Virus record (IMG/VR): IMGVR_UViG_3300044701_002789
Location: 124,001 to 188,000 of that record
Length of the DNA stretch: 64,000 nucleotides
Reading direction: 5' to 3' (one strand)
The first letter of the stretch is position 1; every line of letters starts with the position of its first letter. The translations under genes and the position numbers were made by a program. The notes beneath the pieces were generated by a model that worked only from the letters and a program-made list of their open reading frames with translations, made no database searches and was not told the DNA's origin. Of this stretch, positions 63,127 to 64,000 are shown one piece after another.

Positions 63127-63650
63127 CGTGATTTCTCCCATTCACTATATGCAGCAATTAGTTCTTCTGCAAGTTTATCATCTTCAACAAAAGTCAATAC
63201 AGTCCTTTGAATTCTATACCAAAACCTACCAATCAGTGCATAATCTTTACCATCATAAACAAATTTATCCCCCGCAATACAACTAACATAAGTCAGTTTG
63301 GGTTTATGGAATTTTTCGTATTTCTTTAAAATTGCAATTTGTCGTTCGGTTTTATTGCCGAAAGTTTGATTGAATGCATCGTAAAATTCCGCAGCAATTT
63401 CCTCATAGTTTGGTTCAGTCATTTTGGGTTCTTCTGTGGTTTGAATGGACACAACTGTAGGTTGAATGGATACAATATCATATTTGCTTAATTTATCAAT
63501 TAAAATCTCACCACGTCTGGTATAAAAATTATTTTCAAAAATGTAGGGGTAATCTTTAGCATAAGGAGAACGAAATAGTGTTCCAGTTGCAGTAAAACCA
63601 TTTCTAAATCTTACTGTAACTTTACGATTTACAAATTGGTCAAGGTTCAT
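63123..63650 (-). CDS. Two-module hypothetical protein
   Basis: N-terminal half like 46856, C-terminal half like 33726. Confidence 0.7.
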   Translation of the reverse strand: MNLDQFVNRKVTVRFRNGFTATGTLFRSPYAKDYPYIFENNFYTRRGEILIDKLSKYDIVSIQPTVVSIQTTEEPKMTEPNYEEIAAEFYDAFNQTFGNKTERQIAILKKYEKFHKPKLTYVSCIAGDKFVYDGKDYALIGRFWYRIQRTVLTFVEDDKLAEELIAAYSEWEKSR

Positions 63651-63660
63651 TTTAGTGTCC

Positions 63661-63948
63661 TCAACAATAACTAAAGTGGAATTTTTGTTGAAATGTGAAG
63701 AATGAGGTTTCTTTTTCTTTCATCATTTTCCTAATCTTATAAGGAACATAATCACCATATTTTTCAAGAAATACTTTTTCAGGGAACTCATCAATACCAC
63801 CATAGTAATGTGGAGTTCCTAAAAAGGACTTAAAGTTCTCAAGAATTTCACCTTTGTCCCAATGAGAACTGACCATTATAAAAATGGTTCTACCTTCTCC
63901 AGTCCCAAAATAATCAACAACATAACAAGTGAAATGGTCTTCAGTCAT
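63661..63948 (-). CDS. Hypothetical protein
   Basis: Resembles C-terminal half of 52117. Confidence 0.7.
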   Translation of the reverse strand: MTEDHFTCYVVDYFGTGEGRTIFIMVSSHWDKGEILENFKSFLGTPHYYGGIDEFPEKVFLEKYGDYVPYKIRKMMKEKETSFFTFQQKFHFSYC

Positions 63949-64000
63949 TCACTCTCTCCATTGTTGCTAATTTTTCGGTCCCCCATCGCATAGGTGCATC

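Noticed and set aside
1-64000. tRNA or rRNA genes
   Set aside because: No cloverleaf with a GTTCRA T-loop or rRNA-like tract found by eye; a tRNAscan-SE run would be needed to exclude them.

Overview
64 kb of a T4-like myovirus genome, most likely a cyanophage (Kyanoviridae-like); this assignment is inferred from gene order and motifs, with no database search. Almost all genes are on the minus strand. 1-17.7 kb: AT-rich late structural block (gp8 partial, a 4053-aa protein in the gp7 position, gp6, gp25), a glycosyltransferase-like gene and an HNH endonuclease. 17.8-28.5 kb: GC-rich island of single-gene cassettes, each with its own promoter, interleaved with five copies of a non-coding antisense element. 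28.6-64 kb: three GIY-YIG-type endonucleases, a Toprim protein, a CCA-adding/poly(A) polymerase-family enzyme, a decayed and an intact RNA ligase, an SPFH protein, a pilin-like protein, a gp2-like protein and about 90 small unknown ORFs forming paralogous families. The strongest finding is an apparently complete phage-encoded ubiquitin-like conjugation operon (Ubl-JAB-E2-E1, 38.9-42.1 kb). A recurring promoter module (dyad, about 30 nt usually containing a hairpin, then -10) occurs more than 25 times. No tRNA, rRNA or CRISPR array was seen. Start codons were adjusted by eye where a promoter lies inside the supplied ORF.
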